Shown: positions 1 through 9,479 of the stretch, piece after piece
Position numbering within the stretch: position 1 is the first letter of the stretch
Layout: each line of letters opens with the position of its first letter
Assembly (NCBI GenBank): GCA_965204375.1
Contig: OZ241986.1
Span: 2,560,001-2,624,000 of the forward strand
Source: Candidatus Latescibacterota bacterium
Lineage (GTDB): Bacteria > Latescibacterota > UBA2968
Length of the DNA: 64,000 bases
Reading direction: 5' to 3'
Position numbers and translations under genes: made by a program
The notes under the pieces: model-generated
Databases searched by the model: none
What the model saw: only the letters and a program-made list of their open reading frames with translations
What the model was told of the DNA's origin: nothing

Positions 1-2
1 AA

Positions 3-710
3 AAACACATTCTCATCACAGGTGGTGCGGGCTTTGTCGCCGGCATGTTGCGCCAGCACTGGGGCGCGACCTATCGCCTTCGGCTTGCCGATGTGAACCC
101 GGTTGAAAATCTCGTAGATCACGAAGAATTTGTCCAGATGGATATTACCAATCTCGACGAATTTCAAGCTGCTTGTCGGGGTATTCATACCGTAATACAC
201 CTCGCAGCCGATCGCAGTCCGCGTGCCGACTTTTACGAAACCTTGCTCGACCTCAACATTATTGGCGCATACAACGCCTTTCACGCTGCACACCTGTGCG
301 GTTGCAAGCGCATTGTTTTTGCCAGTTCGGTCAATGCTGTGTTGGGCTACCCGGGCGATTCCTCCATTGAATGGGATGTACCCGTATTTCCCACCAATGT
401 CTATGGTGCCACCAAATGCTGGGGCGAAGCCCTTGCGCGGGTATATTCCGAAACCCACGGACTATCCTGCATCTGTGTGCGCCTGGGCGGCCCGAGATGG
501 AATGCCGATGAAATTTACGACCCAGACAAACCCAGCATACTCATCAGCCCGCGGGATACCGCACAACTTTTTCAAAAATGCGTGGAAGCAGATACCGACT
601 TTGCCATTGTACATGGCGTATCTGATCACAAAAAATCCTATCTCGGAATTGATGCCACCAGGGAAGTATTGGGCTACACCCCACAAGACGGAACTAGAAT
701 GATGAAGTAG
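3..710 (+). CDS. NAD-dependent epimerase/dehydratase (uronate dehydrogenase-like), 5' end cut by window edge
   Basis: Frame is open from base 3 (KHILITGGAGFVAG, Rossmann GxxGxxG-like); YGATK (YxxxK) and VFASS motifs. Confidence 0.85.
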   Translation, partial: KHILITGGAGFVAGMLRQHWGATYRLRLADVNPVENLVDHEEFVQMDITNLDEFQAACRGIHTVIHLAADRSPRADFYETLLDLNIIGAYNAFHAAHLCGCKRIVFASSVNAVLGYPGDSSIEWDVPVFPTNVYGATKCWGEALARVYSETHGLSCICVRLGGPRWNADEIYDPDKPSILISPRDTAQLFQKCVEADTDFAIVHGVSDHKKSYLGIDATREVLGYTPQDGTRMMK

Positions 711-747
711 GAAGTTAGAAGTTGGAAAACCACCCAACACCGCCTCT

Positions 748-782
748 GCGGTGTACAACTGGCCGATTCTCAGGCCAGTTCA
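748..782. repeat. REP-like intergenic hairpin element; inverted copy at 63321-63355
   Basis: GCGGTGTACAACTGGCC-gattctca-GGCCAGTTCA; 33/35 identical to the reverse complement of 63321-63355. Confidence 0.8.
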
Positions 783-822
783 CGCTGGTGCATCATCACA
801 CTTCACACTTCAAAGGATGCCC

Positions 823-1275
823 ATGGGAAAGGGAAAATTTTCATCGACAAAAACCTATCACGATCTGCCCTGTGCACATCGTCAGGGATACCACGACGGT
901 CACTGTCGCTTTATTCACGGATACAACCGCGAGATCACGTTTTATTTTACCTGCAACGAACTCGACGAAAATCACTTTGTCGTCGATTTTAGCAAGCTCA
1001 AGAAGCTCAAAGCCTGGTTAGAGCACATGTTTGACCACACGATGCTCGTCAACGAAAATGATCCCGAACGCGAATTTTTTGAAGAAATGCACCGCCGGGA
1101 TCTAATCGATCTGCGAATTATGCCCAACGTTGGCATGGAAGCGTCATCAAAATTTGTCTTTGATTATGCCGACAAACTCGTACGCGACATGACCCACAAC
1201 CGATGCTGGGTCTATAAAGTTGAAACCCGCGAAAACATGAAAAACTCGGGCATATACGAACTCGTGGATGGCTGA
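823..1275 (+). CDS. queD: 6-carboxytetrahydropterin synthase / 6-pyruvoyl-tetrahydropterin synthase family
   Basis: CAHRQ...GHCRFIHGY zinc motif, VVDF, FDHT; AAGGA RBS before ATG 823. Confidence 0.85.
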   Translation: MGKGKFSSTKTYHDLPCAHRQGYHDGHCRFIHGYNREITFYFTCNELDENHFVVDFSKLKKLKAWLEHMFDHTMLVNENDPEREFFEEMHRRDLIDLRIMPNVGMEASSKFVFDYADKLVRDMTHNRCWVYKVETRENMKNSGIYELVDG

Positions 1276-1386
1276 TCTATACACCTGAATGGCGTTTTTT
1301 GCCCTACTGCACAAAATACTGCACATATTTTTTCTTATAACACAATAAATTGTTAATAAACAAATATTTATTGTGTTATTTTTTTC

Positions 1387-1415
1387 TTGACTTATGAACA
1401 AATGTTCACTATATT
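1387..1415 (+). promoter_or_regulatory. sigma-70 promoter with a LexA-type (GAAC-N4-GTTC) operator in the spacer
   Basis: TTGACT-17 bp-TATATT; the spacer contains the palindrome TGAACAAATGTTCA. Confidence 0.7.
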
Positions 1416-1496
1416 CTTGCTCAGCCATAACTGAGGCCAAAACAGACAGATGTTCCACACACGATATAGGACCTCAGAACACCATAAGGAGGAAAT

Positions 1497-2504
1497 ATGA
1501 TTTCCGAAATGAAACAGCATCGTCCCCCCGTCCAGCAGGCTCTTCGCAAAGCCTCAGGGCGAAGTACAGAACAAGTTTGCACCTCACCCTATGTGGGCGA
1601 TGAACCCTCTCTGGCCTATTACTACAAGGAGATTGAACGACATCCACTGCTCACACCAGACGAAGAAAGAGCACTGACAGAGCAAATTGCTCTGGGCAAC
1701 CTGCCAGGTGCGAGTGCGAGTGCTCAGCGGGCAGGAGAGCACGCCCGCGAAAAGCTCATCACCAGCAACCTGCGCTTCGTCATTCACGTTGCCAAAAATT
1801 TTAAGAATCAAGGGCTTCCCATGGCCGATCTCATCAATGAAGGCAACATGGGCTTGATGACTGCTGCCCGCAAATTCAAACCCGAAAAAGGTTACAAGTT
1901 CATTACTTATGCAGTCTGGTGGATACGGCAGAACATCCTCAAAGCCCTCGAAGTTCAAACCCGATCCATCCGGATTCCCGGCAATGTTGTCAACGACCTC
2001 AACAAATTGCGCAAAGTCGAAGCTGACCTGACTCAGCACCTCGACCGACATCCCGATGCCGATGAACTCGCCCGAGAAACCGATCTGCCTCTCAAAAAAG
2101 TTACGCACACCCTCGAATCGGCTTACAACACCGTATCTCTGGATACCCCAATGTACGATGAAGCCACAAACTCCGCACCACGCGCTGTCATCCTGCAAGA
2201 AACCCTGTCGGACCCCCAAACATTGTCTCCGGAAGATGCCTATATTCAAGATACTATGCACAATGATATACACAACGCGCTCAGTGCCTTGCCCGACCGC
2301 GACCGGCAAATTCTACATCTCTATTACGGTTTCAGCGACCCGACGGAACACACCGAAGTCAGCAATTCAAAACCCGCGACCTATCAACAAATAGGTAACA
2401 AACTGGGGGTAAGTAGAGAACGGGTGCGCCAACTCAAAGAGGAGGCACTCAATCGGCTGAGGCATCCCACCCACAGTAAACGACTTGCCACCTATTGTAG
2501 TTAA
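1497..2504 (+). CDS. RNA polymerase sigma factor, RpoD/SigA family, lacking region 1.1
   Basis: SNLRFVIHVAK, DLINEGNMGL, KFITYAVWWIRQ, VSRERVRQ; AAGGAGG RBS. Confidence 0.95.
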   Translation: MISEMKQHRPPVQQALRKASGRSTEQVCTSPYVGDEPSLAYYYKEIERHPLLTPDEERALTEQIALGNLPGASASAQRAGEHAREKLITSNLRFVIHVAKNFKNQGLPMADLINEGNMGLMTAARKFKPEKGYKFITYAVWWIRQNILKALEVQTRSIRIPGNVVNDLNKLRKVEADLTQHLDRHPDADELARETDLPLKKVTHTLESAYNTVSLDTPMYDEATNSAPRAVILQETLSDPQTLSPEDAYIQDTMHNDIHNALSALPDRDRQILHLYYGFSDPTEHTEVSNSKPATYQQIGNKLGVSRERVRQLKEEALNRLRHPTHSKRLATYCS

Positions 2505-2556
2505 AGTGAAAAATTGTACACCGCGTGTTCCCTTAAAACACAGCCCTAACAAAACC

Positions 2557-2585
2557 AGAGCGTCGGCGCGATTTGCCGGCGCTCT
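2557..2585 (+). terminator. GC-rich hairpin after the sigma gene
   Basis: AGAGCGTCGGC-N7-GCCGGCGCTCT; weak U tract. Confidence 0.4.
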
Positions 2586-2717
2586 CTGTGCTTCTGGGAA
2601 AGTTGTACACCTCTATCTTTCTACTTGCGTTCAAAGCCGAAACCTTGCTATTTACAATATCCAAACGATCTTCTCGGTAAGTTGCACACCGCTTATTAGT
2701 TCACAGGTAAATCAACT

Positions 2718-3530
2718 ATGAAAATCATCCTCCTCTCTACACTCGGTGCTCTCATTCTACTCGGCGTGGGTGTGTACATTGTTTTTTATATATCAGACCG
2801 CGACAAAATTGAAGGAAAATCCTTCTTTCGCCTTGAAAATCGCTGGCTCTACGGCTTTTTGGCCTACGCATCTGTCATTGTCATCACTTTTCTGGTCCTG
2901 ATTTTGCAAACCTCGCTCACGCGCCAAGAGCAAACCCTTGAAAATACCCAGGCGCGATTCCAGCAAGAACTCACGGCTTTCCGCGAGCGACTCGGCGAAC
3001 AAACCGACCGCCTCATGTCCCAAATCAATGAAAAAGCGGAACTCACTGGCTCCGAAGTCGAGGTACGCGGCAAACTATCCAATGAGATCGCCCATCATCA
3101 ACGCACCCGCAAAGAACGCGACGCTGCACGCGAACAATTGCGCCTCACGCAAAGCGAATTAAATCGGGAAACGCTCGCACACCGCGCCTATCTGGACAGC
3201 CTCAACACCGAAAGATCGCTTCACGCATCAACCCAAAATCGGCTCAGGCGCGAGGAAGAACAACACGCCAAAAGCCGCGAGACATTGCGAAATACCCGAC
3301 AAAAGCTCGACCGCGCCAACGAACGACTAAACGTACAAAATCGCCAGATTACAGCACTTAGAGGCGATCTCAAACGCGCGCAGGACAACGCCAATAGCGC
3401 ACGCCAGATGGCCAGTCGCCTCTTACAACAATCCGGTGACCACCAGCGAGCACTCATAACCCTTCAAGCCACCGTCGATTCTCTCTTTCTAAAAGAATTT
3501 AAACGCCCCCGAGTTCCTTCAGATAAATAG
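2718..3530 (+). CDS. hypothetical membrane-anchored coiled-coil protein
   Basis: Two N-terminal hydrophobic segments, then about 190 aa of Q/E/R-rich heptad-like sequence. Confidence 0.75.
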   Translation: MKIILLSTLGALILLGVGVYIVFYISDRDKIEGKSFFRLENRWLYGFLAYASVIVITFLVLILQTSLTRQEQTLENTQARFQQELTAFRERLGEQTDRLMSQINEKAELTGSEVEVRGKLSNEIAHHQRTRKERDAAREQLRLTQSELNRETLAHRAYLDSLNTERSLHASTQNRLRREEEQHAKSRETLRNTRQKLDRANERLNVQNRQITALRGDLKRAQDNANSARQMASRLLQQSGDHQRALITLQATVDSLFLKEFKRPRVPSDK

Positions 3531-3549
3531 ACGAGGAGAAAAATACATC

Positions 3550-4704
3550 GTGAAACTCAAAATCTTCCTTCCCATAATTGTCCTGATTATCGGCGTACTG
3601 GGTGCTTATGCTCTTGTCAAAAGCCGGGAAGTCGTCCAGCCCAAACCAACAGAAGTGCCCCCGCCGCTCGTGCGTGTTCAATCCGTTTATTTCACAGACT
3701 TTCAACTCATTGTTCCAGCGCAAGGCACGGTTGCCCCGCGCACGCAAACCACACTTGTTTCACAAGTAGCAGGTCAAATCATTGAAGTATCACCAGCATT
3801 TGCCAACGGGGGATTTTTTGAAAAAGGCGATGTCCTGCTCACCATTGATCCGCGCGATTACGAAGTCGCTGTCGCACAGGCACAGGTTCAGGTTGCACAG
3901 GCCAAATTGCGATTGGCACGCGAAGAAGAAGAAGCCGCAATTGCCCGCGACGAATGGAAACGCCTGGGCAATGGAGATCCAACCGATCTCGTCTTGCGCA
4001 AGCCACAAATTGACGAAGCCCGTGCGACCATTGTCGCAGCCGAAGGCGCATTGATGCGCGCCAATCTCAACCTCGAACGCACGCAAATCAGAGCACCATA
4101 TCCCGGACGCGTTCGCACCAAAAATGCCGATGTCGGGCAATATGTCAACCCGGGTTCACCGCTCGGCCACATTTATGCGATTGACTATGCCGAAGTGCGC
4201 CTGCCCGTGTCCGATGACCAGCTTGCTTATCTGGATCTACCCCTATCCTTTCGCAATAATCCCCATCATAATTCAGGCCCCGATGTGCGTTTCCACGCCA
4301 CATTTGCTGGACGGGAACACACCTATATGGGACGCATAGTGCGCGTTGAAGGTGAAATTGATGCGCGCTCTGGCATGATCGCGCTCGTCGGGCGCGTGGA
4401 TAACCCATACCGCCAGCGCGATAGCAACACGCCGCCATTGGCTGTGGGTCTGTTTGTCACCGCAGAAATCCTGGGCCATCGCGCGGAAAACGTCGTGGTC
4501 ATCCCACGCGCTGCACTGCGCGGCAAAAATCGCGTCCTCGTGGTCACGGGCAATCGCCTCTACTATCGAACCATCGACATCTTGCGCGCCGACGCAGAAA
4601 AAGTCGTTGTTAAAAGCGGTCTAAAATCGGGCGAGCAACTCTGCATATCGCCAATCGATACCGTCGTGGATGGCATGCGCGTGCGCACTGGAGGTACACA
4701 ATGA
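3550..4704 (+). CDS. RND efflux periplasmic adaptor (MFP)
   Basis: N-terminal anchor, VAGQI..GGFFEKGDVL, RTQIRAPYPG, IPRAAL; stop overlaps the RND start. Confidence 0.93.
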   Translation: MKLKIFLPIIVLIIGVLGAYALVKSREVVQPKPTEVPPPLVRVQSVYFTDFQLIVPAQGTVAPRTQTTLVSQVAGQIIEVSPAFANGGFFEKGDVLLTIDPRDYEVAVAQAQVQVAQAKLRLAREEEEAAIARDEWKRLGNGDPTDLVLRKPQIDEARATIVAAEGALMRANLNLERTQIRAPYPGRVRTKNADVGQYVNPGSPLGHIYAIDYAEVRLPVSDDQLAYLDLPLSFRNNPHHNSGPDVRFHATFAGREHTYMGRIVRVEGEIDARSGMIALVGRVDNPYRQRDSNTPPLAVGLFVTAEILGHRAENVVVIPRAALRGKNRVLVVTGNRLYYRTIDILRADAEKVVVKSGLKSGEQLCISPIDTVVDGMRVRTGGTQ

Positions 4705-7700
4705 AAAATGCCATTGAATGGTTTGCCCGAAACAGCGTGGCGGCCAATCTGTTGATGGTATTGATCCTGGGAGGTGGTATTCTTCTCGTATCCCGCATTC
4801 GCATGGAAGTCTTCCCAGAATTTTCACAGGACATGATCAATATCTCCATGATCTATCTGGGGGCTGCTCCCGAAGAAGTCGAAGAAGCCGTCTGCATACG
4901 CATCGAAGAAGCTGTGCTGGGTCTCGACGGCATTGAACGCATCACCTCCACGGCATCGGAGAACAGCGGTGTTGTCAACATCGAACTCGAGTCGGGTGCT
5001 GATATGCGCAAATTGCTCGACGATGTCAAAGCCCGCGTAGATGCCATCACCACGTTTCCAGTGGAAACGGAAAAACCCATCATTCGAGAAATCACCAATC
5101 GCCGCCAGGTCATCAACGTTGCTATCTCTGGACCGACAGATGAAAAAACCCTCAAAACAATTGGCGAGCAAGTCAGAGACGACATTGCAACCATTCCCGG
5201 CATCACACAAGTAGATCTCGTAAGCACACGCCCTTATGAAATCGCTATCGAAATCTCGGAAAATGACCTGAGGCGTTACGACCTCACCTTTAGCGAAATT
5301 GCCCTGGCCATAAGGCGCTTCTCTATTGATCTGCCCGGCGGTGCCATTCGCACAAAGGGCGGCGAAATCCTATTGCGCACCAAAGGGCAGGCATATCACG
5401 GCAAAGAATTTGAATCGCTCGTCTTGCGCTCTCGTCCCGATGGCACGCATCTTCGCCTGGGCGATGTCGCCACAGTTATCGACGGCTTTGCGGCAACAGA
5501 TCAATCTGCCCAATTTGATGCAGAACCCACCGTGACGGTCAAGGTTTATCGCGTAGGAGATCAAAATGCCCTGGACATCACCGAAAAAGTCAAAGCCTAT
5601 ATCAATAAAACACAACCACGCATGCCCGATGGCATCAAACTCACCGTCTGGGCAGACTTTTCTCGCATCTTAAATGACCGCCTGGAACTCATGCTGCACA
5701 ATGGTCAACTGGGTTTTATCCTCGTCTTTATCGCGCTGACGATGTTTCTCCGTTTGCGACTCGCCTTCTGGGTCGCTCTGGGCATTCCCATCTCATTTCT
5801 CGGCGCAATCGGCCTGATGCCCTTCTTCGACATCTCCATCAACATGATCTCCCTCTTTGCTTTTATCGTGGTGCTCGGCATTGTCGTAGATGACGCGGTC
5901 ATCGTAGGAGAAAACATCTATCGCCATTACCAAATGGGCAAACGCGGTTTGCGCGCAGCCATTGATGGCGCGCAAGAAGTATCTGTGCCCGTCATTTTTG
6001 CTATCCTCACATCTATTGCCGCCTTCTCTCCCCTGCTAACGGTTGAAGGCAGCATGGGGAAAATCATGAGAATCATTCCCATGATTGTCATTCTCACCCT
6101 CATCTTTTCACTCATCGAATCGCTCTTTATTTTGCCAGCGCACCTCGCACATGCCAAAATAAATCCCAAAAAAGATGGGGATCCCCCGCGCAAACGCGCC
6201 ATTGTCAGCCTGTGGCAACGCGTTCAAAATGGCGTGGCCGATGGCATGCTCACCGCTGTTGACCGCTATTATCGCCCCTTTCTCGAATGGGCACTTCAGT
6301 GGCGTTATTTGACCCTCGCGGGGGGTGTTGCCACGCTCTTTCTCACCGTGGGGCTCGTTGGCGGCGGGTGGGTCAAGTTCGTCTTTTTTCCCAACGTCGA
6401 AGCCGATAATATCGCAGCTATGCTCACCATGCCTCAGGGCACACCTGCCGAGGTGACAGAGACCGCAGTGCGCCGCATGGAGGCGTCAGCCCGCCAACTA
6501 CAACGCGAAATAGAAAGTGAAGAGTCGGGTGCGGTATTTCGCCATGTTTTCGCAACCGTAGGTGAACAGCCCTATCGCGCAGCACAAGGTCCGCCCACCG
6601 GGAATGCCGCCTCATTTTCATCAGCACATCTGGGCGAAGTCTATATTGAACTCGTGCCTTCAGAAAATCGCGACATCAGCAGTGAGGAAATTGCCAACCG
6701 CTGGCGCAAACTCACCGGCGCTATTCCCGACGCGGTAGAACTGACCTACTCATCCTCGCTATTTTCATCCGGAGAAGCCATCAATATCCAGTTCTCAGGC
6801 CCCGACTACGGCGAATTGCGCGAAGTCGCCGAAAAATTCAAAAGCGCGTTGGATGACTATCCCGGTGTCTTTGACATCGCCGATTCATTTCGCCCGGGGA
6901 AAGAGGAAGTAAAACTCTCCCTCACCCGACAGGCTGAAACACTGGGCATCACATTGGCCGACCTCGCGCGCCAGGTCAGACAGGCGTTTTACGGAGAAGA
7001 AGCGCAGCGCATTCAGCGCGGACGCGACGACATCCGCGTGATGGTGCGCTATCCCGAATCAGAGCGACGCTCCCTTGGCAATCTCGAAGACATGCACATT
7101 CGCACGCCCAGCGGTGGCGAAGTGCCCTTTTCAATCGCCGCGAGTGCCGAACTCGGCCGGGGCTACGCATCCATTCGCCGCACCGACCGCCAGAGAGTTA
7201 TCAACGTCACTTCCGATGTCGATATAAGCATCGCCAATGCAAACGAAATCATTGCCGATTTCACCCGCACTGTCTTGCCCCAAATACTGGCAGACCACCC
7301 CCGCGTGCGTTACGATTTTGAAGGCCAGCAAAGAGAACAAACCGAAATGCTACAGGGACTGGCCCAAAGCTTTGTTATCGCCTTGCTCATCATTTATATT
7401 TTGCTCGCCATTCCCTTCAAATCCTATGTCCAACCCCTAATTGTGATGGGGGCCATCCCATTTGGAATCGTCGGCGCGGTCTGGGGGCATGTCGCTCTTG
7501 GATTTAATCTCTCTATTCTCTCCGTATTTGGCATCGTTGCACTTACAGGTATCGTCGTCAATGACAGTCTGGTCATGGTCGATTTTATCAACAAACAACG
7601 CGAAAAAGGCCACGCACTTTCCGAAGCTATCAGAGAAGCCGGTGCCGTGCGTTTCCGTCCCATTCTCTTGACCTCAGTCACGACATTTCTCGGCCTCACG

Positions 7701-7910
7701 CCCCTGCTATTAGAAAAAAGCCTTCAGGCGCAATTCCTGGTGCCAATGGCCATATCCCTCGGATTTGGCGTTCTCTTTGCAACCGTCATCACCCTCTTGC
7801 TCGTCCCCATCAGCTACAATATTCTCGAAGACATCATCGACGCCTTTTATCGACTCATCGGACGCGAACGCGGCGCATTCCGCGCCGATCTGAATCGCGC
7901 AGCAGATTAA
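4701..7910 (+). CDS. RND efflux transporter, AcrB/AcrD/AcrF family
   Basis: 1069 aa; GIVVDDAVIVGENI, RFRPILLTSVTT. Confidence 0.96.
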   Translation: MKNAIEWFARNSVAANLLMVLILGGGILLVSRIRMEVFPEFSQDMINISMIYLGAAPEEVEEAVCIRIEEAVLGLDGIERITSTASENSGVVNIELESGADMRKLLDDVKARVDAITTFPVETEKPIIREITNRRQVINVAISGPTDEKTLKTIGEQVRDDIATIPGITQVDLVSTRPYEIAIEISENDLRRYDLTFSEIALAIRRFSIDLPGGAIRTKGGEILLRTKGQAYHGKEFESLVLRSRPDGTHLRLGDVATVIDGFAATDQSAQFDAEPTVTVKVYRVGDQNALDITEKVKAYINKTQPRMPDGIKLTVWADFSRILNDRLELMLHNGQLGFILVFIALTMFLRLRLAFWVALGIPISFLGAIGLMPFFDISINMISLFAFIVVLGIVVDDAVIVGENIYRHYQMGKRGLRAAIDGAQEVSVPVIFAILTSIAAFSPLLTVEGSMGKIMRIIPMIVILTLIFSLIESLFILPAHLAHAKINPKKDGDPPRKRAIVSLWQRVQNGVADGMLTAVDRYYRPFLEWALQWRYLTLAGGVATLFLTVGLVGGGWVKFVFFPNVEADNIAAMLTMPQGTPAEVTETAVRRMEASARQLQREIESEESGAVFRHVFATVGEQPYRAAQGPPTGNAASFSSAHLGEVYIELVPSENRDISSEEIANRWRKLTGAIPDAVELTYSSSLFSSGEAINIQFSGPDYGELREVAEKFKSALDDYPGVFDIADSFRPGKEEVKLSLTRQAETLGITLADLARQVRQAFYGEEAQRIQRGRDDIRVMVRYPESERRSLGNLEDMHIRTPSGGEVPFSIAASAELGRGYASIRRTDRQRVINVTSDVDISIANANEIIADFTRTVLPQILADHPRVRYDFEGQQREQTEMLQGLAQSFVIALLIIYILLAIPFKSYVQPLIVMGAIPFGIVGAVWGHVALGFNLSILSVFGIVALTGIVVNDSLVMVDFINKQREKGHALSEAIREAGAVRFRPILLTSVTTFLGLTPLLLEKSLQAQFLVPMAISLGFGVLFATVITLLLVPISYNILEDIIDAFYRLIGRERGAFRADLNRAAD

Positions 7911-7950
7911 TCGTGTTGTCTCAATTCAAAAGGCCGATTGCTTTTGCAAA

Positions 7951-7979
7951 TTGACAAGCTATGTCGATGCGTGTACATT
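7951..7979 (+). promoter_or_regulatory. sigma-70 promoter
   Basis: TTGACA-17 bp-TACATT upstream of the sulfatase. Confidence 0.65.
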
Positions 7980-8030
7980 GCGTGCAAGTCTATAACGCAC
8001 CTGTATGCCTCAAAATTGAAAGGATAACCA

Positions 8031-9404
8031 ATGGCTCCCAACATCATCTTTATCCTCACCGATGATCAAGGCCCTTGGGCTGCCGGATGTTATGGGAATT
8101 CAGAAATCCGCACCCCCAATCTCGACCGCATTGCCGCCACGGGTATTCGCTTCGACAATTTCTTTGTCACCATCCCCGTGTGTTCGCCCAGCCGCGCCTC
8201 TTTTCTCACCGGTCGCATACCATCACAACACGGCGTACACGACTGGATCCGCGAAGGCAACACGGGTCCCGATGCAGCTTCTTATCTCCAGGACGAAATC
8301 TGCTATACCGATATCCTATCCGAACACGGCTGGACCTGTGGATTATCGGGCAAATGGCACCTGGGCAATAGCACCTTGCCGCAACACGGTTTCTCGCACT
8401 GGTTTGCCCACGAAAAAGGCGGTGGTCCCTACAACGACGCCACACTGGTACGCAACGGCGAACTCGTCACCGTACCGGGGTATGTGACCACCGCCATCAC
8501 AGACGACGCCCTCGCATTCATCGACAACCACGCCAATGACGACAACCCCTTTTATCTCAGCGTTCACTACACAGCGCCCCACAGCCCCTGGACCGGACAC
8601 CCCCAGGATATTGTCGATTCCTACGACGACTGCCCATTCGAATCCTGTCCACAAGAAGACCCGCACCCCTGGGCGGGTGGCTTAAGCGGTAATTTGGGCA
8701 ACCGCGAAAGCCTCAAAGGCTACTTTGCCGCTGTTACCGCAATGGATTATGACGTAGGGCGCATCCTCGATAAAATTGAGGACAAAGGGATTCGCGACAA
8801 CACCCTTGTAGTCTTCACCTCTGACAATGGTTTTTCCTGTGGTCATCACGGCTTTTGGGGCAAGGGCAATGGCACGCGCCCCTTAAATATGTATGAAAAC
8901 TCCATCAAAGTGCCCTTCTTAGCCAGCCATCCCGGCGTCATCCCCGAAGGTAGTGTGCAGCCCGCAATGGCTTCGGGATACGATTTTATGCCCACCCTCC
9001 TCGACTATCTCAACTTGCCCCTACCCGAAGACCGCAACTACCCTGGCCGGTCCTTCCTCGCCGCGCTCAAAGGCGAAGAAGACCCCGGACGCGACAATGT
9101 CGTTATCTACGACGAATACGGCACGACGCGCATGATCCGCACCACAGAATGGAAATACGTACATCGCTATCCCGATGGCCCCAATGAACTTTACGACCTG
9201 CAAAACGATCCCGACGAGCGCAGCAACCTCGTTGATGACAACGCACAGGTCAACCGCATCAAAACGATGAAAACGCAGATGGAAACGTGGTTTTCAACCT
9301 ATAGCATTCCCGACAAAGACGGACGCGATTACAATGTCACAGGTAGCGGTCAACTCCGCCCTGTCGGACAAAAATGGGAAGACGACCGCAAACCTTTTGC
9401 GTAA
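8031..9404 (+). CDS. sulfatase (formylglycine-dependent, S1)
   Basis: PNIIFILTDD, CSPSRASFLTG, GKWHLG, SDNG. Confidence 0.95.
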   Translation: MAPNIIFILTDDQGPWAAGCYGNSEIRTPNLDRIAATGIRFDNFFVTIPVCSPSRASFLTGRIPSQHGVHDWIREGNTGPDAASYLQDEICYTDILSEHGWTCGLSGKWHLGNSTLPQHGFSHWFAHEKGGGPYNDATLVRNGELVTVPGYVTTAITDDALAFIDNHANDDNPFYLSVHYTAPHSPWTGHPQDIVDSYDDCPFESCPQEDPHPWAGGLSGNLGNRESLKGYFAAVTAMDYDVGRILDKIEDKGIRDNTLVVFTSDNGFSCGHHGFWGKGNGTRPLNMYENSIKVPFLASHPGVIPEGSVQPAMASGYDFMPTLLDYLNLPLPEDRNYPGRSFLAALKGEEDPGRDNVVIYDEYGTTRMIRTTEWKYVHRYPDGPNELYDLQNDPDERSNLVDDNAQVNRIKTMKTQMETWFSTYSIPDKDGRDYNVTGSGQLRPVGQKWEDDRKPFA

Positions 9405-9479
9405 ACTCGCTCTATATGTGAGACTTCGCCTGACATCGGCGTGCAAACTTCAGACAGTTTTCTATCAAAGGAGGTACCG

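Noticed and set aside
711-822. preQ1 riboswitch upstream of queD
   Set aside because: No preQ1-I stem/loop and A-rich tail seen; the hairpin recurs at 63321 in an unrelated context
2512-2692. CRISPR array
   Set aside because: Repeats are only 13 bp and imperfect, spacers 66-76 bp, and there are no cas genes
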